Part shown: positions 34,380-46,497 of the stretch, piece after piece
Position numbering within the stretch: the first letter of the stretch is position 1
How the letters are laid out: the number at the start of each line of letters is the position of its first letter
From: Klebsormidium nitens
Lineage: Eukaryota > Plantae > Klebsormidiophyceae
Length of the DNA stretch: 64,000 nt
Direction of reading: 5' to 3'
NCBI GenBank assembly: GCA_000708835.1
Contig: DF236956.1
Span: 248,001-312,000 of the forward strand
Notes under the pieces: generated by a model
Database searches by the model: none
What the model was told of the DNA's origin: nothing
Seen by the model: only the letters and a program-made list of their open reading frames with translations
Program-made: the position numbers and the translations under genes

Positions 34380-37300
34380 ATGGCAGGGCAGACTCAGGCA
34401 AAGAAGGTCTGCGCGAAAAGACCAGCTTCAGAGGTGGATGCAGGCTCGCAGAAGAAAGCGAGGAAAGCAGGGAAGAGCGCAGAGACAGACACAGCGTCTG
34501 AGAAGGCGTCAATTTGCAGCACAGCCAGCACTGCCAACAAAGAGAGGCCAAGCAGCCCGCAGAAGATTTCTAAGACAGACACAGGCGTGTCAGAGGACCC
34601 CTTCACTAAGAGGCGTGTTGGAAGGCAGTTTGAGGGAGTGATGAAAGGGTGCAGAGCACTGCTGACCCAGATCATGATTCACAAGGTGAGAATGTGGTTT
34701 CTTCCCCAGGGAAGGAGCCTGCTTTTGTTCAGACAATTCTGTCCTACATGGGGTGCATACTACGCCATTCTGAATAGAAACTGGGGAATTGTCGTCATTT
34801 GGACCACTTTAAGCAGCCAGCTGTACATGGCCAATTGTGTTTGGAAGATATGAGTAGTGTTGGCAGCGTCAATTGGATGGTGGTGTGTAAGGATGCCATC
34901 TCTCCCTCTTCAAAACCTTATGCTGAAATGACCATATTTTGAAAATGAGCAGGTGCCTGCATTCCTTGATGAGAATGCTGTCCAACTTACCAGAAGTGTT
35001 TCAGTTCAAGGTTAAAGGCAGATTTATGGGTGTTTTGACATTCCTGAAATTGGTTGGTGGTGGTATTGATATGCTACAGTACATCCCACTATTCCAACAC
35101 CACCTGGGAGTCATGACAGCTGTGCTTTGCTGCACTACAAGGATATGAGAAGTGGGTTGCCAAGCATCTCATGAAGAACCTCTAAATCCAAATTTTGGGT
35201 AACAGCTGTCTTTACACCAGTTTTTTTAAAAGAAGTGACTCCATACCAGGTGTCAGTGTACAAAGACTCCACCTTGCCAAACACACAAGGAAGACTTAGC
35301 GCAAAGTACCAGATCTTGAAAGGCTATTGCAGGTTTGAATATGAAATTCTGGGGAAGATGTTGCCTGACTCATACTGTAGTTTCACCCCTCCACCAAATC
35401 CTTAATGAAAAGAACATGTGGTGCGATTGACACCTGATGACAGCTGTAGCTTCCCTTTCTGGACTATGGACTCATACTGACGAGGAGAATTTTTGGAAGC
35501 CTCTGGGTATCTTTGTGTGTCTTAATTCGCTCATTACTTTCTGCTTGAAGTACTGCCACTGCTTTCCTTCTTTGCTATGAGTGCGTGTCTGGCTGGAAAA
35601 TTCCCACGCAGCAAGTGTCGACTTCCATGTACCTTTCACTAGTGCGTGAAACTTAAGAGAAGTCATTAGAGTCAATTGTCGGGGCAAAATCTAAGAACGT
35701 CCATCCTTATTTCTCTGTTTGTCTTCTTTCCCTCTGAAGTGCCACGTGTTAAGCTCCACTTCGGTGACAGGGGAACAATCAAGGTACTCCCCCAGATCTT
35801 GGATCGCCAAACACCAGACCGAATTTAATCAGTGATGGAGAAGCACTGCAATCAATTCCCTGTTGATTTCGACTTCCTTTGGCTGGCTGCCTGCTCATTT
35901 CCAGCGTCGGCCCTCATTCCAAGGTCCCCTCCGTCTTCCTAATCCTGCACTTCTTTCTCAACTCTTGGTCAGCTTGTCTGACATGAGCTCCCCTTCTGAT
36001 GTCAGCCGCGTCAATCTTCCTCTGCTGACGTCAGCCGCTTCCTTTCCTTCTCTGCATGGTCTGCCAGCTGACTTCTCTGTTGGAGGAACGCGTCAAACCT
36101 GGTTATCTGGATATCGCGGGGTTCAATACCTCTTCTTACCTCTTTCAATCCTCGCAGCTACGACTTTCTTCTGAAGTCAAATATCTCCTCTTCAGCTCCA
36201 TATTCTGATTCAAGCCTTCTGCTGACGTCAATCGTTGTTCTCCCCGTTCCTCCCAGCTCTTGAAAGCGTTGTCAAAGAGGCCTCCCAGCCACCCTTGATT
36301 CATCTGATAAAACCCAACCTCGAAGAAGCAAACTCTTCTTCAACCTTTTTCCTTCCTTGCAACCCTCTCTGCTGACGTCATCCCCTTCCTCCCCGCACAG
36401 TGGGCGCACCCCTTCAAGGCGCCCGTCGACGCGGCCGCCCTGGGCCTGCCCGACTACCACGACGTCATCAAGCACCCGATGGACCTCGGCACGATCCGCG
36501 GCCGCCTCGAGGCGCTCGCGTACGGCGCCGACTGGCGCGCGTTCGCGGCCGACATGCGCCGCGTGTTCGACAACGCGATGGCGTACAACCGCGACGGCTC
36601 CGACATCTTCTTCATGGCCGAGTCCGTCAAGGCGCAGTTCAACTTCAAGCTCGCCAAGCTGCTCGAGTCGTCGGGGCTCCCACCCGAGGCGGGCGCCGAG
36701 GCGAACGGCGCCATGAAGCCCGCCCGGAACGTCAGCCGGGTGCCCAAGGTCGGGAACAGCGGCCCTAAGATCGTTGGCAAGGCGCCGCGCTCGCGGCCGG
36801 GGCTGGAGTTTAAGCCTGGCAGGGGGGCGTATGCCGTGCCTTGCAGCCCCCCCGAAGCGGGGAAGAAGGGAGCGAAGAGCCCCGGGGGGAAGAAAAGCCC
36901 CGCGAGAAAGAAGGGGGGGGCCAAAGGCGCACGGAAACGGGCGGGTGTGAGGCGGGTGAGGGGGGGCAAGAAAGACGAGAGTGAGAGCGAGTCTGAGAGC
37001 GAGAGCGAGTCTGACGACGAGAACGAGAGCGAGGTTGAGAACGAGTATGAGAGCGAGGTTGAGAACGAGAACGAGAGCGAGGGCGAAAGTGAGAGCGAGG
37101 ACGAGAGCGAGATGGAGGAAGAACGAACCGGGTTTACCACTGAAGAGTCTGAGGAGGAGGACGAGAGGTGGGAGAGACAGCGGGTTGCCCTCGCCGCGGC
37201 GGCTCGCAGTTTTGCGGCGCCCGACAGGAGGAAGGGTTTGGACGCGATGACGCTCGCGCGGCTGCTCGGCCGCGCGGCCGCCCCCGCTCGCGCGTATACC

Positions 37301-38658
37301 TTACAGCAGCGCTGCCAGCTGGCACTGGAGATCAGGAATCTCCCAGAGATGGCGCTGAAGGGAATGCTGGATTCGCTCGCGGACTTCATCCCCGCAGTGA
37401 ACGACGGCGGGGTGGAGGTCGAACTTGACGTCATGCAAATGCACGATGACCTCATCGGCCGGATGTGGGACTACATCGACGAGTACCGCGCGCGCGCCGC
37501 GCGCGGGCAGCAGACAAGCGCGAAGCTCCTTGAAAGGTGGGCGAATGCTTTTGAACTTGCTCGATACGTTGCAGGCTGTCACTTTCTTTGTGTGCCCTAA
37601 CTTTTGGCCAAAGTTCCCCACTCTCTATTGAATTCGGGAAATTAGCGAAGTCTTCGGTTCCTCTTTGCCTCTTATACGTAGTGGTCAGAGAGATGGGCTC
37701 GTCAGCATCACCCTTGCAAAGCCGCATGTGGGCTGCTTAGCGGTTTGGCAAGGTACAAGAACGCCAGAAACTGTAAAGAGGGACTCACTCTTTGTGGTTT
37801 CGAAGCAAGACTCTTTCTGCAATCAACTTCGTGCTACTAGGTGAAAGCTTTAAGTCTTCATTCACTGAGTGGTTAAACAATTTTGGGTTGAATGGCTCGT
37901 CCCACATGCACACCAACCTCTGACAGTTCAAAGACACCGCTAGCCAAATTGGTGCTTGCTCTTTCTTACGACACTGCTTGAGCTCGAACGTTTCCACAAG
38001 GAAGTTCAGGGGAAAGACAAGGTTACATTGAGGGTAAAAAAATACCAGTGATAAATATTGTCGCCATCATTCTCCTTTTGGTATTCCTCAATGCATCGAA
38101 ATACTAGTGAAATTTCAACATGCAAGAAACGAGTTTCTTATAAGTGTGTGATTCTCGTGCAGATGGGCCGAAGCAGACGACTTCGAGCTGGGTTCCGCGT
38201 CCGACTCCGACGAGTCCTGCCGGTGCCTGGACCTGAGCCCCGAAATCGAGGCCATGTGGGAGAACTTCGACGAGACCTTTGACGTCAAGCCGCCGCCGGC
38301 GGCGGCGCTGCCCGCGAGCGCGTCACCCGAACCCCTCCAGTTCACCCTGAACATGATCGCCGCGCGGCCGCCGCCCCTCCAAATCCTGGACCCCAAAACG
38401 CTCGCGCTCACGGGGCCGAAAAGCCCCTTCCTGGGGCAGAAGCACAGCCAGGAGAATGAGACCTGGCATAGTTTTGCTCTCCAGTCCCCCTCCGAGATGG
38501 GCGACGAAGACGCGGGCGGCCGCGAAGCGGCCGACGCGCCCGACGCGGGCGGCCGCGAAGCGGCCGACGCGCCCGACGCGGCCGCGTCGGTTGAAGACCC
38601 CGACGCGGGGATGGAGTATTTGGACCTGAACGCCAGCCACGGCTGCGTCGCGCAGTAG
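34380..38658 (+). CDS. BET/GTE-family bromodomain plus extra-terminal (ET) domain protein (3 exons, ~645 aa)
   Basis: Exons 34380-34685, 36401-37536 and 38163-38658, all GT-AG and phase-compatible. Bromodomain: HK|WAHPFKAPVD...LPDYHDVIKHPMDLGTI...VFDNAMAYN. ET-like segment: LALEIRNLP...EVELDVMQMHDDLIGRMWDYI. Confidence 0.9.
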
Positions 38659-41455
38659 CCTGCAAGGGGCGCGCAGCGCGCGACACGTGGCGTAGAAAGA
38701 TAGGTTGCGAGGAGATCAGAGCGGAAGCTTCCGGCTAGTCATGTATCCAGTGTCTAGAAAGGTGCGAATCATGTAGAAAGGTGCGAATCAAAGTGTAACA
38801 AATCGAAAGCACGCGTTTTGCGGGAGGGGGAAGCGGTGGAGAAGAAGGGCGGCAGAGTGCGGTGGAAGATGTTTTCATTATTGAGTCTGAACTGTAAACT
38901 GAAGATCACCAGTTGATCTCATCGGACCGTCTCGGGCAGCGTAGTAGCTTATGAGAGTGGCTTCATCAGGGGAGAAAGTAGTGTTGCGAGAGAATGTGTG
39001 TGACGGATACAGCGGTACGGTACCGGATGAGTTTGTAGGACTGGAGCCAACTGTAAAGTTGTAACATGGTAGCAGGATGAGTAAAGAGAGGAGCTTCGGC
39101 AAGTCTTTTGTTCGCGTTTATGGCCCTAGGTTTTAGTTTTATGATCAACAGTGCAAGAGATCTCCGTTTCACCCGCATCTTTGCAAGCGTCCTCGAATTG
39201 TGCATCCATGTGCCATACTTTTCTTTGATGCAAGGTTCTGTTTTACGGGGATCTTTGACCGGCTTCTCAAAAACACATCAAAATCCTGGATAAAAGACCC
39301 TCTATTTACTGCGCTTTTGCTACGTCGCATTTCTTTGGTCCTTTCGTCATGCGAAGCCTTCAGAAGTGGAGACTCTCGAATGGAGAGTTGATCGTATGCG
39401 CAGGATATGTGGCAATCATGCCGGACGTCTTTTTAGACGGTCCCGTTTGCCCAAAAGATAAGTACCCCGGTACTTCAGACACGCCTAGGATTCCGCCTGG
39501 GGTTCAAGAGAGGCCGTCTCTGGACAATCCATGTGCAGCATCCCCGTTTAGTAGGAGACAGCCAATATCTGGGAATCATTTCATATCCTGGCCTGCAAAG
39601 GGCTGTCTATCGATGCAATCTCAAAACAACAGCTGACCTACTTTCTCGACGGCTGTACGCTTCGCGATCTTAGATTGTTCTATTCAAAACAAAGTAGACG
39701 TTGGAACCATGTCATTCTCAGGCCTATTCTTCAACTCTATGAGTGCAGTTAGCATCGAATCTGATAACTCACATTTCACTTTTTTTGATAGACTTCAACT
39801 TTTCAACTCTGAACAAGATGGATACGGCCCATTCTGCGAACGTGTATCTGCTCTCAAGCGCTGTTACATGTATAAAGCGAATCATTATCTGGGAAAAGTC
39901 GGTCAATACAGTGGTAATATTGTGCAAACTCCATGATTGAGATGATGGCCAGACATCATGATTGCGACTGGCGTACAGATTGCTTCTACACAGTAGCTAG
40001 TCACATCATCGTAACCTCACAAATCCCAGACTATAAGAGTCGAGTAGTCTGGAAATCATGCATGACTTGCTGAAAGCCTTGCGAATAGCTATCCATGCAC
40101 GTTAGACGCACATGCAGTAGTAATAGTACGCTATTATGCAGATGTGACAGGATTCTCTAAATGGTGGAAATTTGCTTCCGATTGGTCCCGTGAATCGCGC
40201 ACCTCGAAGATCATTGATTGGTACGCAAATGCGACAGTCTGATGTCAGCATTAGAGCCGGTAGCACTGCTGAGTTACACTGACAGGCTTGAAACGTCGTT
40301 GTCTTAAGGCCGCTCCAAGAGGGAAAATTTTAAGACATCTCTCAGACTGTTTGCCCTTTCGAAGAGCTTGCAAGCAGACTCGAGATGGGACATTTTCGGG
40401 ACCTCAATGAAGAGCCAAAGACCAGTCGAGCGCTCCCTCTTTGAACATGCGGATCAGATTGGCTTGCTGTGCAGCGTCTCAGAGAAAGCACAAGATGCTA
40501 AAGAACAGTTGAAAGACAAAGGTGGGGATTGAGATGCGCCATGCATGGAAACTGGAAAGCAGAACGCATGAAAAGAACTGCTGTGTTTCGAAAGATTTGT
40601 GACAAACCTTCGAGGAATCAAGCTGCAAGCACCGTCTGATAACTTTACTATAGAGACTAAGGCATCTGTTTGAGCGGCAATTCTGTTTCATTTTATCGTT
40701 TATCTGGACACTGTACTCACACGATGAGAAGCTTTGATATCCTTGAATGATAGATAGGTGCTCTTGTACGCGGAATGACAGGGTTGAGATGTGAAAATCT
40801 GGTCGCAAACAAGTTTTGAAGATCGGCCATAGGATTGAGGGTCCTGATATGCAGCAGCAGAGACACACAGAGAGACTAGGACCAGAAAACCTTTGATCTC
40901 TCTTCCACACGTGGGACTCCCATTACAGCTTTCATATTTATGATTTTGAAGTAGCTGGTTCAGGCAATCTTGTCATGAGCATGGGTAATGCATCCAGCCA
41001 GACTGGATGGTCATATCACGTCTTTCCACCTGGTAACCAGCGAGATATATCAAGCAGTGCAGAAGGTTTTAGCTCTCTCAGCAAGATTCAAGGATCAAAC
41101 GGGCCGGTGAGCGCGTGAACGTGTTATCCCCCTCGTTATTCTCTTCTGAACTCAGATCCATGGAACCAGAATTCTCTGAATCCTCTAATCTTTGGCTCAT
41201 CAAGCATCCTCAATCCATGCAAGAAGGAAAAGTGCTCTGTATTCATGGGAGTCCAATTATACCCTACCTGCTACTCCTTCTGCTTGTATCCTTGCTGGTC
41301 TTTCTGGAAACCTTTACCTTTAGTGGTTTTTTGGATCAAAAACAACCAAAGACAACCATGCGGCTGCAGAATAGATCGCAGATTCTATCTTGGAAAGCAA
41401 GGTGGTTCCCTGAATGAAAAAGCTTTCTCTCATGCACCATTTTTGTGTCCAACAG

Positions 41456-44400
41456 GTCGAGAAAGGGGCAGTCTGTTGCCCTTTCTCCTTACGAGATCGA
41501 AAGTGCACAATCTGGTCTCTAGGACGGACACATTCGATTCGATCGAGTTACACGCCGCTGGTTGCTGCTCCAGGAGGTCCGGTCATCCGATCGGCTTTCG
41601 CTCAGAATGTAAGAGCAGAGTACACTTGCTGTCCTCGTGCAATTCTCGTCCTCGAGACTACTCGAAGATCGCTTGTGTAGTCGCTAGAAACTTGAAATGG
41701 ATTTAACGCCTTTGGTCGCAATCGTCTGATTGATGGATATGCTAATCTCATATGAGACTGAAGGCTACCTACTTGAGTTACTAGCAGAGATCTCCAAGGC
41801 CTTCTGGTCTACGCTGATATGATGCTTCGCGAGCTTTTCCTGATGCATTAAGCAATCCATGTCCTTGCAGTGGGTTGATCACTTGCTGGACAGCCCAATC
41901 GGATACAGGTGAGAATCCTTTCTTTTCTTAGAACTCGTGTAGCCTTTCTTTTCAGATGAGCGAAAAACTGGACTTCACTAGACCTTCTTGGCTTTCCGTT
42001 AGCTCTTTCCTTTACGTTCTCTAGCAGTAAACCTATTCAATTAGGCATCTACGCTTCTCAGGAATCAATGTTGAGTACCGGTCTCGTTCCATGTATGAAC
42101 GCCTCTATGGTGCTGTCCAGCTTCGATCCGCTTCAGAAAAGCTTCATTAAAAATGGCCACATCTTTAGCAAGTTTCTGAGGGATGATCCATCAGGTTTTG
42201 AGAAGCCTTAAAGGCGCTGTCCCTCCCTTCCCAGTTGAGGTTGCCTTTCCGAGTCACAAAGAGACTCCTCGCGCGCGTCTCTTCGTGTCCAATCGGAAGT
42301 TTCTCAGACTCTCCGGCAGCAGAACACAGAGGCCGACTTTCATAGTCTTCAAATAATTTCCTTTCAGCTAAGACAGAGAGCCAGAATGATGCATATGCAA
42401 ACGTCTCAGAAGCTGCCCCTTGATTGCAGATGCACCATAATCCACAAGAATGCCATCTACCACATGGAGGTCCAGGAGAGCCCCACCGGGGTGCCTCTCT
42501 TTGCGCTGCAGCCGGCCAACACAACCGAGCGCTTCCTCGGCACCACACCAACGTCTCCCTGGGCCCTGCTGGCATTACGGCGCGGCGAGTTGGAGGTCAT
42601 GAATGGACCGCACGTGAGTTGACCAACTCAGAACCCAAGGAATGAGAGAATCCCTCCTCTGCTGATTCTAATAAGGCACTTGATCAGCTGTTCCTTTCAG
42701 ATTTCAGGCATTCAGTGGTTTCCTTCCCAATATTCCCAGCCTGGACCCACTCATTGGATTACGTAGCGAAGTCTATAAGGACGCTTGAGCCGTGTTCGTG
42801 AAAGCTGCTAGAAGGTACCTAAACCTGCAGGGTTAGCAACGAAAAGTGTCTTGTGTTGGCTCTCTCGGTTTCAAATCAGAGTCAAGCCTCTCTACGCTGC
42901 ATGATCCGCTCGCTCAGTCGCCTTTCATTCGCACCATCGCCTTTGAAAACAGAGTATATCAACGAGAATACCTTTCCGAGTTGCTCATGATTAGCGACGA
43001 GAGGAAGAAAATGCCACAAAAGTAGGGGACATCAGAAACTCTTAAGTGTCTCTAATCCCAACCGACGTTTGTATCATGACGTTTTCTCCTTGCTCTTTGT
43101 GACGAGCAGACGGCAAAAACATCCTCAAGAAAATAATCGAAATTTTCGCCCGTGTACAGGCTTTTGGCTTCACGCACCCCCTGATTGCATCGCTCATTCT
43201 CGCGCGCCGTGCCGCGCCGCGGCATCTTCCAAGCCATTCTGCCTCTCAGACCCCGTCTGAGCTCATGACCTTTCCGCCTGAAGCGCCGGATTCCGCTGCC
43301 TGCCAAACTTCCAGCGGAAGCCCCGCTGACTTTGGCGCCTTCAGCTACGACTCCCGCGAGGACCTGCCCATCAGAGAGTGGAAGGGAAAGGGCGGAAAAC
43401 GGGACCGGACGGAAGGCCTCTCGGATGAAAGCGAGGAGAAAGACACCCCGTTCGGGCAGCTGATTCGCGCGGCAGAGTTTCTGACGAACGAGGAGAAACG
43501 GTCTTCCAGCGAACCTACGGAGAGAGTGACCGCAACGGAAACAAAGCCTGGCAAGCGGAAAGCGAGAGCTGAACCGAGGGCTGAACCGGAACGGAAAGCG
43601 GAAAGGCGGCGTGACAAGAAGAAGCGCCTGTCGGATCTTGGTGACGCAGGAAAGGGGAGCGGTTCTGCGGGCCATAGCGCCGATTGCGGGGGAGAACCGA
43701 ATCCCGAGACCCACGTGGCAGAAGGTGAGATTCCGGTTGCGGGGTTTCTGGAGCGGCGGAACGAGGGGAAGCGGAAAGTGAAGCTAAGCAAGCGGGGCGA
43801 GGAAATGGCGCAACAGCTGCGGAGCCCGAAGCGCGCGCGCCGGTCGCCGGAAACCGGGGGGAGCGGAAACTCCTCCGAAACAGGTCGTGCGGCGATTCCT
43901 GGTGCTTTGCAGACGGAGTTTGCTTCTCTGAACCGAAAGGAGCGGAACCGCTTGAAGGAAGCAGCGGAAGAGCAGAAGGCAGACCCCAAAGGTGACGCAG
44001 CGGACGATTGTGAGCGGAACCCCAGCGGAAAGCGGAAGACAAGGAATGGCGGGTTCACCCGCAGGAGGGATTCGGGCCTGGTGGGCGTTTTGGAAGCGGG
44101 CGCAAAAGGAGTGCCAGACGAAGAAACGCTGGGGGGGAAGAAGCAAATTCGGGGCTATTTGAAGCGGTTTTTGCCGGGCGGGGATGACAGCAGCTCTGCG
44201 AGAGAGACCGCACTTGTTTGCAAAGTGCAGAGACCGGTCAAAGACGTTTCAAAACACGCGGCGAAAAAGGAGGCGGGAAGCGTATTCCCGGGCCTCGAAA
44301 GTCCCCGGAAGCTGCATCTCGACGTCGTGAACGGTGAGATCAGCGCGGTCGAGTGGGATGCAAAAGGGAACCCCAAACGGGAGAATGGTTCAATGACGAA

Positions 44401-44941
44401 GGGATGGGAGATGCAGAAAGGAGGGTTATCTGGAGAAGAGGCAGAGGGTTTGTTCGGATCTTCAAGAGGAAACGGATCACCTGAGGGCTGTTTTCTGGAG
44501 GAGGATGAAGCAGAAGAAGCTGTTCAGAGAGATGAGATGGAGTTTCACACGCCGGCCGGATCGGGAGCTTCGGACCAGCACGGGATGCGACCGGTGCCGC
44601 TGGGAGAGTCTGACTTTCCGGCTTCTTCAGCGGCGGAAGCGGACGGCGAGGGGCCTTTTCAGAGCATCAGAAGAGTCGCGGAAGAGTTTCGGAGACGCAC
44701 TGAGCGGCCGGCTTTTGGGAGCGTGGAGAGGGGACGGGACAGCCCGGTTCGAGGTACCGACGAGGTGATTGCACCGGTGCTAGGTGCCCAGGTGTCGACC
44801 CTCGCACTTCCCATCTTTCCGGTTCCGCCGGACGGAGTCCTGACGAGTTGGACGGAACAGCACTTGGCGCTGCTGCGGCTGAGAGGCGGCAGTCGCTGGG
44901 CTCTGAAGGTGCGCGCGCTGGGTTGGTGTCTCCGGTGGTAA
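41456..44941 (+). CDS. FYRN/FYRC (FYR) domain protein with a long charged low-complexity tail, 5' exons unresolved
   Basis: Exons 41456-41608 (TIWSLG...), 41871-41908 (WVDHLLDSPIGYR), 42430-42613 (CTII...YHMEV...PLF...FLGTTPTSPW...NGPH) and 43160-44941 (AFGFTHPLIASLI...). They splice in frame via GT-AG and rebuild the FYRN SLG/PIGY and FYRC PTxxW/G..FGF..P.I..LI motifs. An alternative donor at 44908/44909 is possible. Confidence 0.7.
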
Positions 44942-46497
44942 ACGAGAAGCGTCCGAAGCTGATGAGTATGAAGCAGGCCACCATTCTGGACGGGAAAAAG
45001 AGCTAAGAAGGAGACAGGTGCTGAATGAAGAGAGACAATACGTGACCGGTCAGAGTTTTTAACGGACAGGACTCGGGTAACGATGCCGGTAGCGTCTTGG
45101 CAAGTCATGTACTGGTATCAGAAGGTAATGTTGTAAGAGTATGCAAGTCTTTATCACTGTTTTTCAGAAGGTGGCAAGAATCATCTCAAGTGTCACGGGG
45201 TATTAAGAGGGCCGAGTCTTTCGACACGTTCAATCAACATGCTCAATACATGGAGCAGTACCATTATTGCACGCTTTGCAGTTGTATAAACCGTCACATT
45301 TGTCATCTGTCAGTCACGCTCCTGCACATGTAGTATCAGATGAGCAACTTCAAAAGCTGAATTGGCCTGAGCGTATTACAAGTCACGGGCAATGGACATG
45401 ACAATCAAGCCGGGAAGCTGTAAAAAGCTGAATCGATTTTTTTGTGTTACCCGCTCAATACTTTAATACTGTCAATGTGTACCTGACTGAAGTAGCTAGA
45501 TGAAGTCCGGGCGGCAGGCTTATTCTTCGACCTGTCGATAAGTTTTTGGGCGAGCTAAAAGCTGTGCGTGCCTAGGTACGCGGAACTAGGTTTCTGACCC
45601 ATTTGACCTTCTTTACTATCACGGACTATACATCGTGCCGAGTGGCTTTATACGGCAGGAGAATCTGAACAACATGCAAGCTCTCATATAAGCGCTTCAA
45701 TATATATATAAGCGCCACATAGTATGATTGACAAGAATCGATCATAATTGGCGCACTCAGTATGAAACGCGCATGCTCATGGAAGATTCAATCGTCTGCA
45801 ACTGATCGGCTCTCATCGCCGCCTATCATAGTATCATTCAGCTCGTGGATGCAGCGGAAGGCCATGCATGGCCGGCCACATGGCCGTATTGCAAAAGTCT
45901 CGTACATATATGTACGGCTTATCATGACGTATCATTACGTATATCACGGCGTACACATGGGCGGCAGCTACGGTGCATGATTAAGCGCATTTGTTACTAG
46001 TATCAGGTTAGCCACCACTGCACATCTCAAAACAGGCCGGACTCGAACGGCTCGACGTGGGCGCGACTGATCCGCAACGAGTGCCACCACCCTCAGTATA
46101 TAGCCTTGCGTTATGTTGTATCCTATGCAATGTCGGTGTGCAACAGAAATACATGCTGGTGGGGAACCAGATTAGCTGAGGCCCCTATGTCACCGGTTTC
46201 ACCAACCAATTTGCATGCAGTTAGGCTCGTTGCAAACGTTGGTTACGTCGCATTTTCCACAAATGAAATATGCCTTGCGGCGGCAGCTCATTCATCAGTC
46301 AATACTGAAGAACCTTTCCGCAAGTTTGGGAAGTAAACGCCGGCAAGTGCGGCGTGACAATGCGCAGTGCAACCCATTACGGTGGCGAAAATGCGTGCCA
46401 AATACCTCGCACAAGACTATAAGAAGACGGAACGACGACCTGTATCGATGATGGAGCCTCCCGCTGTCTACTTCCTCTCTTGATGATATGGTCAGCT

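Noticed and set aside
35050-35460. Possible echoes of the bromodomain exon in BET intron 1 (ACAGCTGT x3, AAGCATCTCATG)
   Set aside because: The similarity is too short and non-collinear to support by eye.
36454-37455. 333-aa minus-strand ORF, and similar antisense ORFs at 43345-44058 and 54661-55305
   Set aside because: They are antisense shadows of GC-rich coding exons and show no domain features.
41581-41610. GHPIGFRSE in an alternative frame as the FYRN PxGF motif
   Set aside because: That frame splices into a stop. The 38-nt exon 41871-41908 supplies PIGYR in a fully phase-compatible model.
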